A DNA stretch of 64,000 bases, taken from positions 1 through 64,000 of the forward strand of contig NIVC01001971.1 of the NCBI GenBank assembly GCA_002269645.1, read 5' to 3'. Position numbers and translations under genes: made by a program. Under the pieces are notes generated by a model. The model worked only from the letters and a program-made list of their open reading frames with translations, made no database searches and was not told the origin of the DNA. Within the stretch, counting starts at the first letter, position 1; every line of letters begins with the position of its first letter. Of this stretch, positions 47,995 through 61,729 are shown one piece after another. This DNA comes from Macrostomum lignano. Lineage: Eukaryota.

Positions 47995-49132
47995 GGTCAT
48001 TGTTGGATAGACTCACTGCTGGGTAGGCTCATTGTTGAGTAGTCTCATTGTTGGGTAGGCTCATTATTGGGTAGGCTCATTGTTGGGTAGGCTCATTATT
48101 GGGTAGGCTCATTGTTGGGTAGGCTCATTGTTGGGTAGGCTCATTATTGGGTAGGCTCATTGTTGGGTAGACTCATTGTTGGGTAGACTCATTGTTGAGA
48201 AAACTCACTGTTGGGTAGTCTCATAGTTGGATAGACTCATAGTTGGGTAGCCTCATTGTTGGATAGAGTCATTGTTGGGTAGACTCATTATTAGTAGAAT
48301 CATTATTGGTAGACTCATTATTGGTAGACTCATTATTGGTAGACTCATTATTGGTAGACTCATTATTGGTAGACTCATTATTGGTAGACTCATTATTGGT
48401 AGACTCATTATTGGTAGACTCATTATTGGTAGACTCATTATTGGTAGACTCATTATTGGTAGACTCATTATTGGTAGACTCATTATTGGTAGACACATTA
48501 TTGGTAGACTCATTATTGGTAGACTCATTATTGGTAGACTCATTATTGGCAGACTCATTATTGGTAGACTCATTATTGGTAGACTCATTATTGGTAGACT
48601 CATTATTGGTAGACTCATTATTGGTAGACTCATTATTGGTAGACACATTATTGGTAGACTCATTATTGGTAGACTCATTATTGGCAGACTCATTATTGGT
48701 AGACACATTATTGGTAGACTCATTATTGGTAGACTCATTATTGGTAGACTCATTATTGGTAGACTCATTATTGGTAGACACATTATTGGTAGACTCATTA
48801 TTGGTAGACTCATTATTGGTAGACACATTATTGGTAGACTCATTATTGGTAGACTCATTATTGGTAGACTCATTATTGGTAGACTCATTATTGGTAGACT
48901 CATTATTGGTAGACTCATTATTGGTAGACTCATTATTGGTAGACTCATTGTTGGGTAGACTCATCTTTGAGTAGACTCAATGTCGGGTAGGCTCAATGCT
49001 GGATAGACTCATAGTTGGATAGACTCATAGTTGGGTAGTCTCATAGTTGGGTAGTCTCATTGTTGGGTAGACTCATAGTTGGATAGACTCAATTTCGGGT
49101 AGACTCAATGTTGGATAGACTGACTCGCTGTT
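47995..49132. repeat. 15-bp minisatellite with degenerate longer-unit flanks
   Basis: Homogeneous core TGGTAGACTCATTAT (~48290-48950) flanked on both sides by variable ATTGTTGGGTAG(G/A)CTC units. Confidence 0.93.
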
Positions 49133-49741
49133 GGATAAGTACGAGTCATATTGATTGTTGGCTTATGCTGACTGTTACGTGTACTCAAATAACATTGAAC
49201 AGACACACAGAAAATAAGTAAAACAGGCCTAAAAAAGCAGTTGGTATTAGTTAATATAGAAGCTGGGGGAGGAAATCTTTAATCTACAGTACCAATATTG
49301 CAATCTTTTTCTCTTCTTGCACTCCTCTTGCCTCGTGCCCAGGTGAGTGGCAGTGCAGGACAGAGATAACTCACTAAGATTTCGCTATATTAAGATCGGA
49401 TTTATGGGAACTTTATCCCAAATTCCTTCGCTTATGTCCGCTGTCACGTCTGCCCACCTGATTGTAAAGTTAGTGAGGCCCGATTTACAGTCAACTTGTC
49501 ATAAAATAAGAATCTCGCTAATCCTCTCTGATGGAAGTTGCTTGCATGTATGGTAAGGGAAAAAAGGATTTTAAGGATTTAAACAAAATGCGTGGGAGGG
49601 AAAAACAGTATGCGGCTTAGTTTTGGAAATTGACACAAAGACGATTTAAGTATCCTTTTATCGACTTTGTTCTTAAATTGGCATTGAGGGAAGTTCATGA
49701 CTGATAGGCCGACAATGTTGTCTGCCGGTGAGGGGCTGATA

Positions 49742-50770
49742 AATGACTGGTAGGAGCTAATGAAGGACTAGTAGGAGCTAATTAAGGACTGGTTTGAGCT
49801 AATGATAATTAAGGCCCGGTAGGAGCTAATTAAGGACCGGTAGGTGCTAATTAAGGCCCGGTAGGAGCTAATTAAGGACCGGTAGGAGCTAATTAAGGAC
49901 CGGTAGGTGCTAATTGAGGCCCGGTAGGAACTAACTAAAGACCGGTAGGAGCTAATTAAGGACCGGTAGGAGCTAATTTAGGCCCGGTAGGAACTAATTA
50001 AAGACCGGTCGGAGCTAATTAAAGACCGGTAAGAGCTAATGAAGGACTAGTAGGAGCTAATGAAGAACTGGTAGGAGCTAATGATAATTAAGGACCGGTA
50101 GGAGCTAATTAAGGACCGGTAGGAGCTAATTAAGGAACGGTAGGAGCTATTTGAGGCCCGGTAGGAACTAACTGAAGACCGGTAGGAGCTAATTAAGGAC
50201 CGGTAGGAACTAATTAAAGACCGGTCGGAGCTAATTAAAGACCGGTAAGAGCTAATGAAGGACTGGTAGGAGCTAATTAAGGACCGGTAGGAGCTAATTA
50301 AGTACCGGTAGGAGCTAATTAAGGACCGGTAGGAGCTAATGAAGGCCCGGTAGGAGCTAATTAAGTACCGGTAGGAGCTAATTAAAGACCGGTAAGAGCT
50401 AATGAAGGACCGGTAGGAGCTAATTAAGGACCGGTAGGAGCTAATTAAGGACCGGTAGGAGCTAATTAAGTACCGGTAGGAGCTAATTAAGGACCGGTAG
50501 GAGCTAATTAAGTACCGGTAGGAGCTAATTAAGGACCGGTAGGAGCTAATGAAGGACCGGTAGGAGCTAATTAAGGACCGGTAGGAGCTAATTAAGGACC
50601 GGTAGGAGCTAATTAAGGACCGGTAGGAGCTAATTAAGGACCGGTAGGAGCTAATTAAGGACCGGTAGGAGCTAATTAAGGACCGGTAGGAGCTAATTAA
50701 GGACCGGTAGGAGCTAATTAAGGACCGGTAGGAGCTAATTAAGGACCGGTAGGAGCTAATGAAGGCCCGG
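49742..50770. repeat. 21-bp minisatellite, ACCGGT variant
   Basis: Unit GGACCGGTAGGAGCTAATTAA. Confidence 0.94.
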
Positions 50771-51254
50771 TGTGTCTGTGTGGGTTTTTCGCCGATTTGG
50801 CCTACTACGCGCCAAAATCCATAAAAACAAAAACATCAAAGCCCGGTATATTTAGTTTTTTTATTACTCTAGATTTTTTCAGTCATCTTGGCTTGTTTGG
50901 TTGTTTCAGAAAAACTAACAGCCAGCCTCGTGTTGCTTGTGCATTTGCAAATAATCTAAATGGCTTTCAGTGGGTTGTTATTCCGCTACATCAATATTGC
51001 AGCATCTCTCTTTGCAGTTGTGCCTCCCCTTCTCATGTTTCTGAGAGGGATTTTTCCCAGCCGTCCTTCCAGTTCATCCTCCATTTGCCTTCAAGGAAGC
51101 TGTGGGTTGCAGCAAAAAAGAAGAAAAAAAAGCTGAAGTTGTTGTTAGTCACAGAAACCGCCACCCCTCTATTGGTGGAGGAGCTTCCTAATGAAAATTT
51201 AAAGAAATTTCTATGAAAACTTTTTTTGCAAAGAACTGCTTGCAACGAAGAAAC

Positions 51255-51900
51255 GTGACAAAGAGAAGGAAAGGGAGAGAGGAAGAGGAGAGGGAGACAA
51301 GGCAAGAGGGAGAGGAGGAGAGGGAGAGAAGGTGAGAGGGAGAGGAGGAGAGGGAGAGAAGGTGAGAGGGAGAGGAGGAGAGGGAGAGAAGGTGAGAGGG
51401 AGAGGAGGAGAGGGAGAGAAGGAGAGGGAGAGAAGGTGAGGGAAAGAAGGTGAGAGGGAGAGGAGAGGGAGAGAAGGGGGAGAAGAGAGGGAGAGAAGAT
51501 GGAGAGGAGAGGGAGAAGAGAGCGAGAGGAGAGAGAGAGAAGGTGACGGAGAGGAGGAGAGGAGGAGACGGAGAGGAAGAGAGGGAGAGAAGGTGAGAGG
51601 GAGAGAATGTAAGAGGGACAGGAGGAGAGGGAGAGAAGGAGAGGTAGAGAAGGTGAGAGGAGAAGGAGAGAAGCGGAAGGAGAGAAGCTGAGGGAGACTT
51701 GAGGGAGAGTTGAGGAAGAGGAGGAGAGGGAGAGGTGGAGAGGTAGGGAAGGAGAGGGAGAGGAGGAGAGGGAGAGAAGGTGCGGGAGAGAAGGTGCGGG
51801 AGAGAAGGTGAGGGAGAGGAGAGAGGGGAGGAGAGAGGGAGAGAGGAGAGGGAGAGGAGAAGGGAGAAAGAGAGCAGAGGGATGGGAGGAACAGAAGCAG
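51255..51900 (+). repeat. polypurine (GA-rich) low-complexity tract
   Basis: Almost exclusively A/G on the + strand, with local 27-bp repeats GAGAAGGTGAGAGGGAGAGGAGGAGAG. Confidence 0.9.
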
Positions 51901-52624
51901 AAAGAAGGCAGTCAGGGGCAGAGGGAAGGGTACGGGTGAGAGGGAGTGAGAGACCGCTAAGATCTTTCAATATAAATCAGGCTGGATCAGAGGAACTCTC
52001 CAAGCGCTCTGCTCTTTTTAATCCCAATTTTCTCCGTCATTTTTTAATCCCAGGATTAGTGGGATCAGATGGCCCTTCGTTGTAGCTGCGGAAGCAGACT
52101 AAAAGCAGATTATTGTAGAGATGCGAAAGCGATGAGGCTAAACAGCAATGAGGAAAAAACCCTCATAATCCCTGGGAAAGATTTGAGCCCTTATTATATT
52201 GAACCCATCTATTCCTATAAAATTGAAAACTCTTATTATAAATATAAATTGAATATTTTGTGATCCATACCTGGAGGCATGGGTTACGCATTCCAGTTAG
52301 AGTTGTCAGCATATCTGTCAATTACTGTGAATTCCGCGATGCAAGGCTCGGAGGCCTGACCCAATATCGGTGTGTTTCACTGAGGCTGAAAGAAAAAGTT
52401 CTTTTGTATTGTTAAAGAACCGCCTCATCGGTCGCATAAGAGCGACGACTTAAAAGTTGAGTGACTTTTTCAAAGGATTAGCCACAACTGCAATTCTTAA
52501 TCCGCTAGTATGTGGGTGGGATGTGGGGTTATCCTGACTGACTGAAGTCATCAAGGCACTTAAAGGACTCTGTGTCCTTTTAGGACTTGTGCTGCCGTGT
52601 TACTGATGCAGATGACTTTGATGG

Positions 52625-53295
52625 CAGCTGACACTGACACTAAAGCAGCTGACACTTTAGGATGCTGACACTTGAAGATGCTGAAACTTAAGCAGCAGAC
52701 ACTTGAGGATGCTGACACTTGAGGATGCTGTCACTTGAGGATGCTGTCACTTGAGGATGCTGTCACTTGAGGATGCTGTCACTTGAGGATACTGTCACTT
52801 GAGCAGCTGACACTTGAGAATGCTGACACTTGAGGATGCTGACACTTAGGATTCTGACACTTTAGGATGCTGACACTTAGGATGCTGACACTTTAGGATG
52901 CTGACACTTTAAGATGCTGACACTTAAGCAGCTGACACTTGAGGATGCTGACACTTCAGGATGCTGACACTTTAGGATGCTGACACTTAGGATGCTGACA
53001 CTTTAGGATGCTGACACTTTAAGATGCTGAAACTTAAGCAGCAGACACTTGAGGATGCTGACACATCAGGATGCTGTCACTTGAGGATACTGTCACTTGA
53101 GCAGCTGACACTTGAGAATGCTGACACTTGAGGATGCTGACACTTAGGATTCTGACACTTTAGGATGCTGACACTTAGGATTCTGACACTTTAGGATGCT
53201 GACACTTAGGATGCTGACACTTTAGGATGCTGAAACTTTAAGATGCTGACACTTAAGCAGCTGAAACCTAAATTAAGATGCTGACACTTAGGGAT
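52625..53295. repeat. 15-17-bp degenerate minisatellite
   Basis: Unit GAGGATGCTGACACTT, with a duplicated block (~52782-52900 vs ~53082-53200). Confidence 0.9.
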
Positions 53296-53777
53296 TCAAT
53301 TTCAGTTTTACTGTTGCATATTCAATGAAAAGTCACTGCCAATTTCGCATTTAACAGAAAAATATTTTATCAGTCAGCAGGCAATTGCAAATTTGATTAA
53401 TATTTTTCCATTGAATATTTTTTAGGAATTATTCAATGAATATTCAATGAGTCGGGGACAGACAGTGTAGGATAAGTGCGTGCTGCTTTTATTGATGCAT
53501 TGGAAAATTCATGTCACGCAAGGTTTTTGTTTTAAATAGCTCGTAAAATAGACACGTCTTCCGGATTTAACTTAATCTACGGCAAAGAAAGGAAACTTGC
53601 TAGAAAAGCTCATTAGCCTAATTAAGTCGCTACCTACTGCACTATTCGAGAAAATTTAACTCAAGAACTGTGTGCCACTATTCGAAAGATCGATTATTTG
53701 ATTTCAAAATCAACTGCATGTAAAGTAATAAAGCTAGGATGAGACAGGATAAGGGTTAGTAGATACAGAGGTAACGA

Positions 53778-54620
53778 AGGACTAGTAGGAGCTAATGAAG
53801 GACTAGTAGGAGCTAATGGAGGACTGGGAGGAGCTAATGATGGACTAGTAGGAGTTAATGAAGGACTAGTAGGAGCTAATGAAGGACTAGTAGGAGTTAA
53901 TGAAGGACTAGTAGGAGCTAATGAAGGACTAGTAGGAGCTAATGAAGGACTAGTAGAAGTTAATGAAGGACTAGTAGGAGCTAATGGAGGACTGGGAGGA
54001 GCTAATGGTGGACTAGTAGGAGCTAATGGTGGACTAGTAGGAACTAATGATGGACTAGTAGGAGCTAATGAAGGACTAGTAGAAGTTAATGAAGGACTAG
54101 TAGGAGCTAATGGAGGACTGGGAGGAGCTAATGAAGGACTAGTAGGAGCTAATGAAGGACTAGTAGGAGCTAATGAAGGACTAGTAGGAGCTAATGAAGT
54201 ACTAGTAGGAGCTAATGAAGGACTAGTAGGAGTTAATGAAGGACTAGTAGGAGCTAATGAAGGACTAGTAGAAGTTAATGAAGGACTAGTAGGAGCTAAT
54301 GAAGGACTAGTAGGAGCTAATGGAGGACTAGTAGGAGCTAATGAAGGACTAGTAGGAGCTAATGAAGGACTAGTAGGAGCTAATGAAGGACTAGTAGGAG
54401 CTAATGAAGGACTAGTAGGAGCTAATGAAGGACTAGTAGGAGCTAATGAAGGACTAGTAGAAGTTAATGAAGGACTAGTAGAAGTTAATGAAGGACTAGT
54501 AGGAGCTAATGAAGGACTAGTAGGAGCTAATGAAGGACTAGTAGGAGCTAATGAAGGACTAGTAGGAGCTAATGAAGGACTAGTAGGAGCTAATGAAGGA
54601 CTAGTATGAGCTAATGAAGG
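53778..54620. repeat. 21-bp minisatellite, ACTAGT variant (sister of 49742-50770)
   Basis: Unit GGACTAGTAGGAGCTAATGAA, about 40 copies. Confidence 0.94.
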
Positions 54621-55083
54621 ACCTAGGCTCTTGTTACGCCGGTTCTGGCAAGTCCATCAAGACTACATTAAAAACAGTAAATCTTGTTTTTCAGTCTACC
54701 ATATTCTGTTGCACAGTCGGATGCGTGCGCAAGAATCACCCAGAAAGTTTTTTTACTTATTATACGTACTCGTAGTAAAATAAATGGCAAAATGCGAGCT
54801 CAAACATCTGGGACAAATCCTCAAAAACGTTTGAGCCGAAATATTGGACACGGAAAAGACACCAATTTATTTGAGTGGGTGGGCGGCTTCGCGAGGGCTC
54901 TGATTGAATTATTCATTGCAGCTGCCCTGCCGCTGGTGCGTCTCACTTGCTCACATTGTTTCTGAGAGCTGAAGCCGCCGCTGCCGCCTCTGTCTCACCA
55001 CAGTGCTGGCTGATGGCAAAGGAAAACTAACTAAACCAAAATCTATTTGCACTCGGAGGTCTCGTGCTGTATACTATTTTTAG

Positions 55084-55366
<283 letters not shown>

Positions 55367-55967
55367 GCTAGGTTCCTAGGGGATGTACATACTGTACTTT
55401 CAAAGAATAGCGAGCCGCACTTATCTGTCTGAACTATTTTCGACATCTTGCAATCTCTTGTCTGAGCTGGTCTCTCACGTCCGGAATCTCAAATGTCTGA
55501 AATTGAAAAGAAAGCTGCAGACTCAGGAGCGAATGATGAAGAGTGAATACATAATTAATAATGCTAAAGTCTCAGTGCAGGGTTAGGCTTGAATTCTTCT
55601 CTCGTTCTAAGAAGCACAATCAGCTAAGCAAAATGGACTCGGGTGAGAGAGAGGGGGGAGGGGGAAGGCCAGAGGGGGCCGCAGTGGGAGGAGTAGAGTG
55701 CAGCTGGTGGACCGTTTCCGTGCTTCAACTCAAAGCAGCTTAGCATTAGCTTACTAAGGTAGCGTGCGCAGCATTCTGGGCCTAAAATGTTTCTCTCCCC
55801 CCCCCCTAGCTACCTTGCATAATTAGCCTGCCTACCTACTTGTTCTTTTTTCCTTGTTTTTGCGAGAGCTCTCTGCCGTTCGCTGCAATTCTCTGATGGA
55901 GGCGCTGGGGGGAGATTTATGCAATTCTTCCCAGTGACAATGAAAATTTTCTGACCTGGCATTTCAG

Positions 55968-56029
55968 TCCGTGTCCTGCGCTGACGATGGCAGCAACTTT
56001 GACGCTGCCTGCACTACGGACTCAAGGCG
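55968..56029 (+). CDS. unc-13: unc-13/Munc13, small exon upstream of the conserved pre-C1 region
   Basis: ATTTCAG acceptor, GTAAGC donor. Encodes SVSCADDGSNFDAACTTDSR plus 2 nt. Phase 0 to 2 matches the acceptor at 56565. Confidence 0.65.
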
Positions 56030-56039
56030 GTAAGCTGCG

Positions 56040-56400
56040 ATGAGGCTAGAAATAGGATGAGATGAAGCTGAGTATGAAGCTAGGGATGAAGCTAGGAATG
56101 AAGCTGGGGATGAAGCTAGAGATGAAGCTGGGATGAAGCTAGAGATGAAGCTGGGGATGAAGCTGGGGATGAAGCTGGGGATGAAGCTGGGGATGAAGCT
56201 ATCACGATGAAGCTAGAGATGAAGCTATCGAGATGAAGCTAGAGATGATGCTAGAGTTGAGGCTGGAACGTAGGGTGAGGATCACTAGGGATGAAGCTAG
56301 GGGTGAAGCTAGGGGTGAAGCTAGGGATGAAGCTGGGGATGAAGCTAGGGATGAAGCTGGGGATGAAGCTAGGGATGAAGCAAGGAATCATTATATCAAT
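56040..56400. repeat. 12-bp degenerate minisatellite
   Basis: Unit GGATGAAGCT(A/G)G, starting ~10 nt after the donor at 56030. Confidence 0.88.
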
Positions 56401-56564
56401 GAGGCTGGGGATATAAGCTAAGGATGAGACTGTGGCAGGGGATGTGGCAGAGACGAAGCTAAGAATAAAATTTGACAAGTATTTAAATCTCAAGCTAGTA
56501 CAAGGTACCACCTATTCAAAATCTAATGAATTGTTAAACCCTTCGATAATCCGAAACACTGCAG

Positions 56565-56655
56565 CAGCGATAAGAGCAGTTCGTTCTTCGACAGCATTGA
56601 CATAATGCCGGAGGTGCGCGCAAAGAGGCGAGCGATGCCATTGGTCAGCGATTTG
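56565..56655 (+). CDS. unc-13: unc-13/Munc13, conserved pre-C1 exon
   Basis: CTGCAG acceptor, GTGAGT donor. Encodes SDKSSSFFDSIDIMPEVRAKRRAMPLVSDL, aligning with Unc13 ..IDSMPDIR.RK.IPLVSDL. Phase 2 to 0. Confidence 0.88.
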
Positions 56656-57717
56656 GTGAGTCATTTTTGGCTGTATCCAATGATTTATAGCGAAAAAGTG
56701 ACCTTGAGGGAATTCCGTTTCTATTTTTAGAAACTAGCGGGCAGAAAAGCCGTTAAGATTAAAGAATGAACAAATATTTTTATTTCAATGAATCTTGTGA
56801 CCTTGTACAGTATCTAGGGCTCTGGAAATTCCGGAAGGAAAATGTTACTTTTTAAATAAGAGAATAGAAAAGCTTTTAAGAGTCACCTGCAGATATAGCA
56901 CGTATAAAGTTTTGTAGTCTCAAAAGAGCTTTCCGCTTTCAGTTGCGGAATAATCTGTATCATCAGGCGAGGCTGTACCTAGGGAAAATGACCTTGAGGG
57001 AATTCCACTTCTATTTTTAGAAACTAGCGAGTTGAAAAGCTTTTTAGGCTTCTCCCTTAGATGAAATTTTTGAATCTTATAATGACCTTGAAGGAATTCC
57101 TGTTTCTATTTTAGTAGGAGTTAAAGAATTCAAAAAGTACACGTTTAAAGCCATGGTAAAGCGTCATAAAACGTTTAATTTATGTTAATTATATACTTTG
57201 TATTTTCCGGACCTCTGGCAATTCATCATTGGCTTGATTGGCGAGCTGAAGTTGTGCGTAGTCGGCTTTGACTTTGATGGATGAATTCCGAATACTCAAT
57301 ACACAGGGGAGAGGGCCAGAAAGAGGAAGACAGAAAAGGGGGAATGTCTGGGGGGGGGGCACTCCCTCCTTTCTTCGCTTGACTCAAACAGCTCATTTTA
57401 GTGGCTCACACTCTGATCATCAAGGAGACCTGGCGCTGGAGACTGGAGTGCAGAAACTCTTTCATTAAACTCTGACTCTCCTGCACATGAAGGCTGAGTA
57501 CGAGAAGAGAAAGATGAAGAACCTTGCTTTTGGTAGAGTCTAATCGAAGGGATCACAAAACCGAAATATCATATAGCATATGAGGTGCGCGCGATAAACT
57601 GAAAAGGAAGAGAAAATTTCACTATCAAGTACTAGCAAATAGCTCTAGCTGGCTCTAGCAAGTACTAGTACAAGCGAAAGTGCTAGCAGTGCCCAACGCT
57701 ATTCACGTTTTCGAGTT

Positions 57718-57867
57718 ATGATATTTCGGGTTGTGATATTCCAGGTTTGTGATGTTTCGGGTTTGTGATATTTCGGGTTTGTGATATTCCAGGTTTGTGA
57801 TATTTCGGGTTTGTGATATTTCGGGTTTGTGATATTTCGGGTTTGTGATATTTCGGGTTTGTGATAT
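57718..57867. repeat. 16-bp minisatellite
   Basis: Unit GTTTGTGATATTTCGG, about 9 copies. Confidence 0.88.
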
Positions 57868-58477
57868 AGCTGCATTCTCCAGATCTTGGTTAGAAAATCT
57901 CCATGACTCAGATGGAGCGAAAATACCAATTTAACCGATGGTAGAAGATCCAGCACTGTATATATGTACATACTAGATGCTTATGGATTGTAGACTCAAC
58001 CATCTGGCTATGCAGTTGCACTGTGGCCTCTCTCAGCCTCCCACAAAATTTGATGGATGCCCCCAAAAATTTTTATCCCAAGTTCGTTTAATCCATCTCG
58101 CCCTGAGCTGTTGCTCTCGAACATTCGCTCTAATAAAGCTTCGATAGCCAAAACTTAACTCCACAGGCCCGGAAGCCTGGCTTTTTGGATGAGCAGTGGG
58201 AGAAACTCCTAACCCGATTCTTCTCTACCCAGATCAGATCCCCTTTCCTAGCTTAGCAGCACTATGCAAAACTGGCCCGGGCAGACAGCAATTATGTATG
58301 CCCTTCTCCCTCTAGCGAATTTCCTGCAACTCCCCGTTGGGATTGGAATGGGATTAGGGAAGTTTGGTTCCGAGTTGTTCAGCTTGTAAAATTTAATCCC
58401 CACTGACTGCCCTACTGAATTCCCAGTTCTAATTACTTCAAGCTGCAACTTCAATTACAGAATCCCTTGGCTTTAAC

Positions 58478-60665
58478 TACTGGGAATCCCTGGCTCTAAC
58501 TACTGGGAATCCCTGGCTCTAACTACTGGGAATCCCTGGCTCTAACTACTAGGAATCCCTGACTCTAAATATTGGGAATCCCTAGCTCTAACTACTGGTA
58601 ATCCCTGGCTCTAACTACTGGGAATCCCATGCTCTAACTACTGGGAATCCCTGGCTCTAACTACTAGGAATCCCTGACACTAAATATTGGGAATCCCTAG
58701 CTCTAACTACTGGTAATCCCTGGCTCTAACTACTGGGAATCCCATGCTCTAACTACTGGGAATCCCTGGCTCTAACTACTAGGAATCCCTGACTCTAAAT
58801 ACTGGGAATCCCTAGCTCTAACTACTGGTAATCCCTGGCTCTAAATACTGGGAATCCCTGGCTCTAAATAATGGGAATCCTTGGCTCTAACTACTGGGAA
58901 TCCCTGGCTCTAACTACTGGGAATCCCTGGCTCTAACTACTGGGAATCCCTGGCTCTAACTACTGGGAATCCCTGGCTCTAACTACTGGGAATCCCTGGC
59001 TCTAAACTACTGGGAATCCCTTGACTCTTAACTACTGGGAACCCCTGGCTCTAACTACTGGGAATCCCTGGCTCTAACTACTAGGAATCCCTGACTCTAA
59101 ATACTGGGAATCCCTAGCTCTAACTACTGGTAATCCCTGGCTCTAAATACTGGGAATCCCTGGCTCTAAATATTGGGAATCCTTGGCTCTAACTACTGGG
59201 AATCCCTGGCTCTAACTACTGGGAATCCCTGGCTCTAACTACTGGGAATCCCTGGCTCTAAACTACTGGGAATCCCTTGACTCTTAACTACTGGGAACCC
59301 CTGGCTCTAACTACTGGGAATCCCTGGCTCTAACTACTAGGAATCCCTGACTCTAAATACTGGGAATCCCTAGCTCTAACTACTGGTAATCCCTGGCTTT
59401 AAATACTGGAAATTCCTGGCTCTAAATACTGGGAATCCCTGGCTCTAAATAATGGGAATCCTTGGCTCTAACTACTGGGAATCCCTGGCTCTAACTACTG
59501 GGAATCCCTGGCTCTAAACTACTGGGAATCCCTTGACTCTTAACTACTGGGAATCCCTGGCTCTAAATAATGGGAATCCCTGGCTCTAACTACTAGGAAT
59601 CCCTGACTCTAAATACTGGGAATCCCTGGCTCTAAATACTGGGAATCCTTGGCTCTAACTACTGGGAATCCCTAGCTCTAACTACTGGGAATCCCTGGCT
59701 CTAACTACTAGGAATCCCTGACTCTAAATATTGGGAATCCCTAGCTCTAACTACTGGGAATCCCTGGCTCTAACTACTGGGAATCCCATGCTCTAACTAC
59801 TGGGAATCCCTGGCTCTAACTACTAGGAATCCCTGACTCTAAATACTGGGAATCCCTAGCTCTAACTACTGGTAATCCCTGGCTCTAAATACTGGGAATC
59901 CCTGGCTCTAAATAATGGGAATCCCATGCTCTAACTACTGGGAATCCCTGGCTCTAACTACTAGGAATCCCTGACTCTAAATACTGGGAATCCCTAGCTC
60001 TAACTACTGGTAATCCCTGGCTCTAAATACTGGGAATCCCTGGCTCTAAATAATGGGAATCCTTGGCTCTAACTACTGGGAATCCCTGGCTCTAACTACT
60101 GGGAATCCCTGGCTCTAACTACTGGGAATCCCTGGCTCTAAACTACTGGGAATCCCTTGACTCTTAACTACTGGGAACCCCTGGCTCTAACTACTGGGAA
60201 TCCCTGGCTCTAACTACTGGGAATCCCTGGCTCTAAACTACTGGGAATCCCTTGACTCTTAACTACTGGGAATCCCTGGCTCTAACTACTGGGAATCCCT
60301 GGCTCTAACTACTAGGAATCCCTGACTCTAAATACTGGGAATCCCTAGCTCTAACTACTGGTAATCCCTGGCTCTAAATCCTGGGAATCCCTAGCTCTAA
60401 CTACTGGGAATCCCTGGCTCTAAATACTGGGAATCCCTGGCTCTAAATACTGGGAATCCCTGGCTCTAACTACTGGGAATCCCTGGCTCTAACTACTGGG
60501 AATCCCTGGCTCTAAATACTGGGAATCCCTGGCTCTAAATCCTGGGAATCCCTGGCTCTAACTACTGGGAATCCCTGGCTCTAAACTACAGGGAATCCCT
60601 AACTCTAACTGCTGGGAATTCCTGGCTCTAAATACTGAAAATTCCTGGCTCTAAATACTGGGAAT
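58478..60665. repeat. 23-bp satellite, ~95 copies, with higher-order structure
   Basis: Unit TACTGGGAATCCCTGGCTCTAAC, period 23 (58501/58524). Confidence 0.95.
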
Positions 60666-61206
60666 CTCTGACTCGATGCTCATGAGAATGCTCGGTACTC
60701 ATGAGATACCCATGATTTATTATATACTTCACGACCCAGCTAGGCTGATCACATCGCAAAAAAGGCTGAGCATAAAAAAAGTATGGGAGAAGTATTTGTC
60801 TACGAGATATATGCATGAATATCTAGAGCATACACGCCAATTTCATTGATTTGATGTGTTTGATGAGAGTGTGTGTGTCGGAGGCAGGGAGGGGAGGTGA
60901 TGAGGAAGCGAGAAAGATGGAATGGCTCTACCGGCCGAATCTGCCTCTATGCAGCCCCTGCCCTCTCCCTAACTATTTAGCATTGAATCGCCGCGCGAAG
61001 TTCTCACGCGATGGCTGATCAGCCTCGATAGCCTCTCAGGGCCGAGCACTAATCTATATAGCTAGCAGTATCCTGTGCCTTCTTTTATTCCCTCCTGATG
61101 CTGCTCAGGTGACCTGGTGCAGAGGAAATATTAGATGCATCTGATGGAATTGGAGTGCCACTCTGTACAATTAAATAATAGTACATTGAATACTGTTAAA
61201 ATACAT

Positions 61207-61553
61207 CACTCTCTCTCTTCCCTGTCTCCCTCTCCCTTCCCTGTAGCACTCTCCCTTCCCTGTAGCACTCTCCCTTCCCTGTAGCACTCTCCCTTCCCTG
61301 TAGCACTCTCCCTTCCATGTAGTACTCTCCCTTCCCTGTCTCCCTCTCCCTTCCCTGTAGCACTCTCCCTTCCCTGCCTCACTCTCCCTTCCCTGTAGCA
61401 CTCTCCCTTCCCTGTAGCACTCTCCCTTCCCTGTAGCACTCTCCCTTCCCTGTAGCACTCTCCCTTCCCTGTAGCACTCTCCCTTCCCTGTAGCACTCTC
61501 CCTTCCCTGTAGCACTCTCCCTTCCCTGTAGCACTCTCCCTTCCCTGTAGCAC
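61207..61553. repeat. 19-bp pyrimidine-rich minisatellite
   Basis: Unit CTCTCCCTTCCCTGTAGCA. Confidence 0.92.
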
Positions 61554-61605
61554 TTTATCATACACCGTCTCCCAGCCACATACTCATTTTACCCTTTTTG
61601 TCTCC

Positions 61606-61729
<124 letters not shown>

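Noticed and set aside
54921-54934. Microexon encoding ALPL as the PLVSDL motif
   Set aside because: The true motif is in the exon at 56565-56655.
58478-60665. Array of functional NF-kB sites (GGGAATCCC; also GGGAATTTC at 22228-23135)
   Set aside because: The similarity to the kB consensus is only motif-level, with no evidence for the factor or for binding in this organism.
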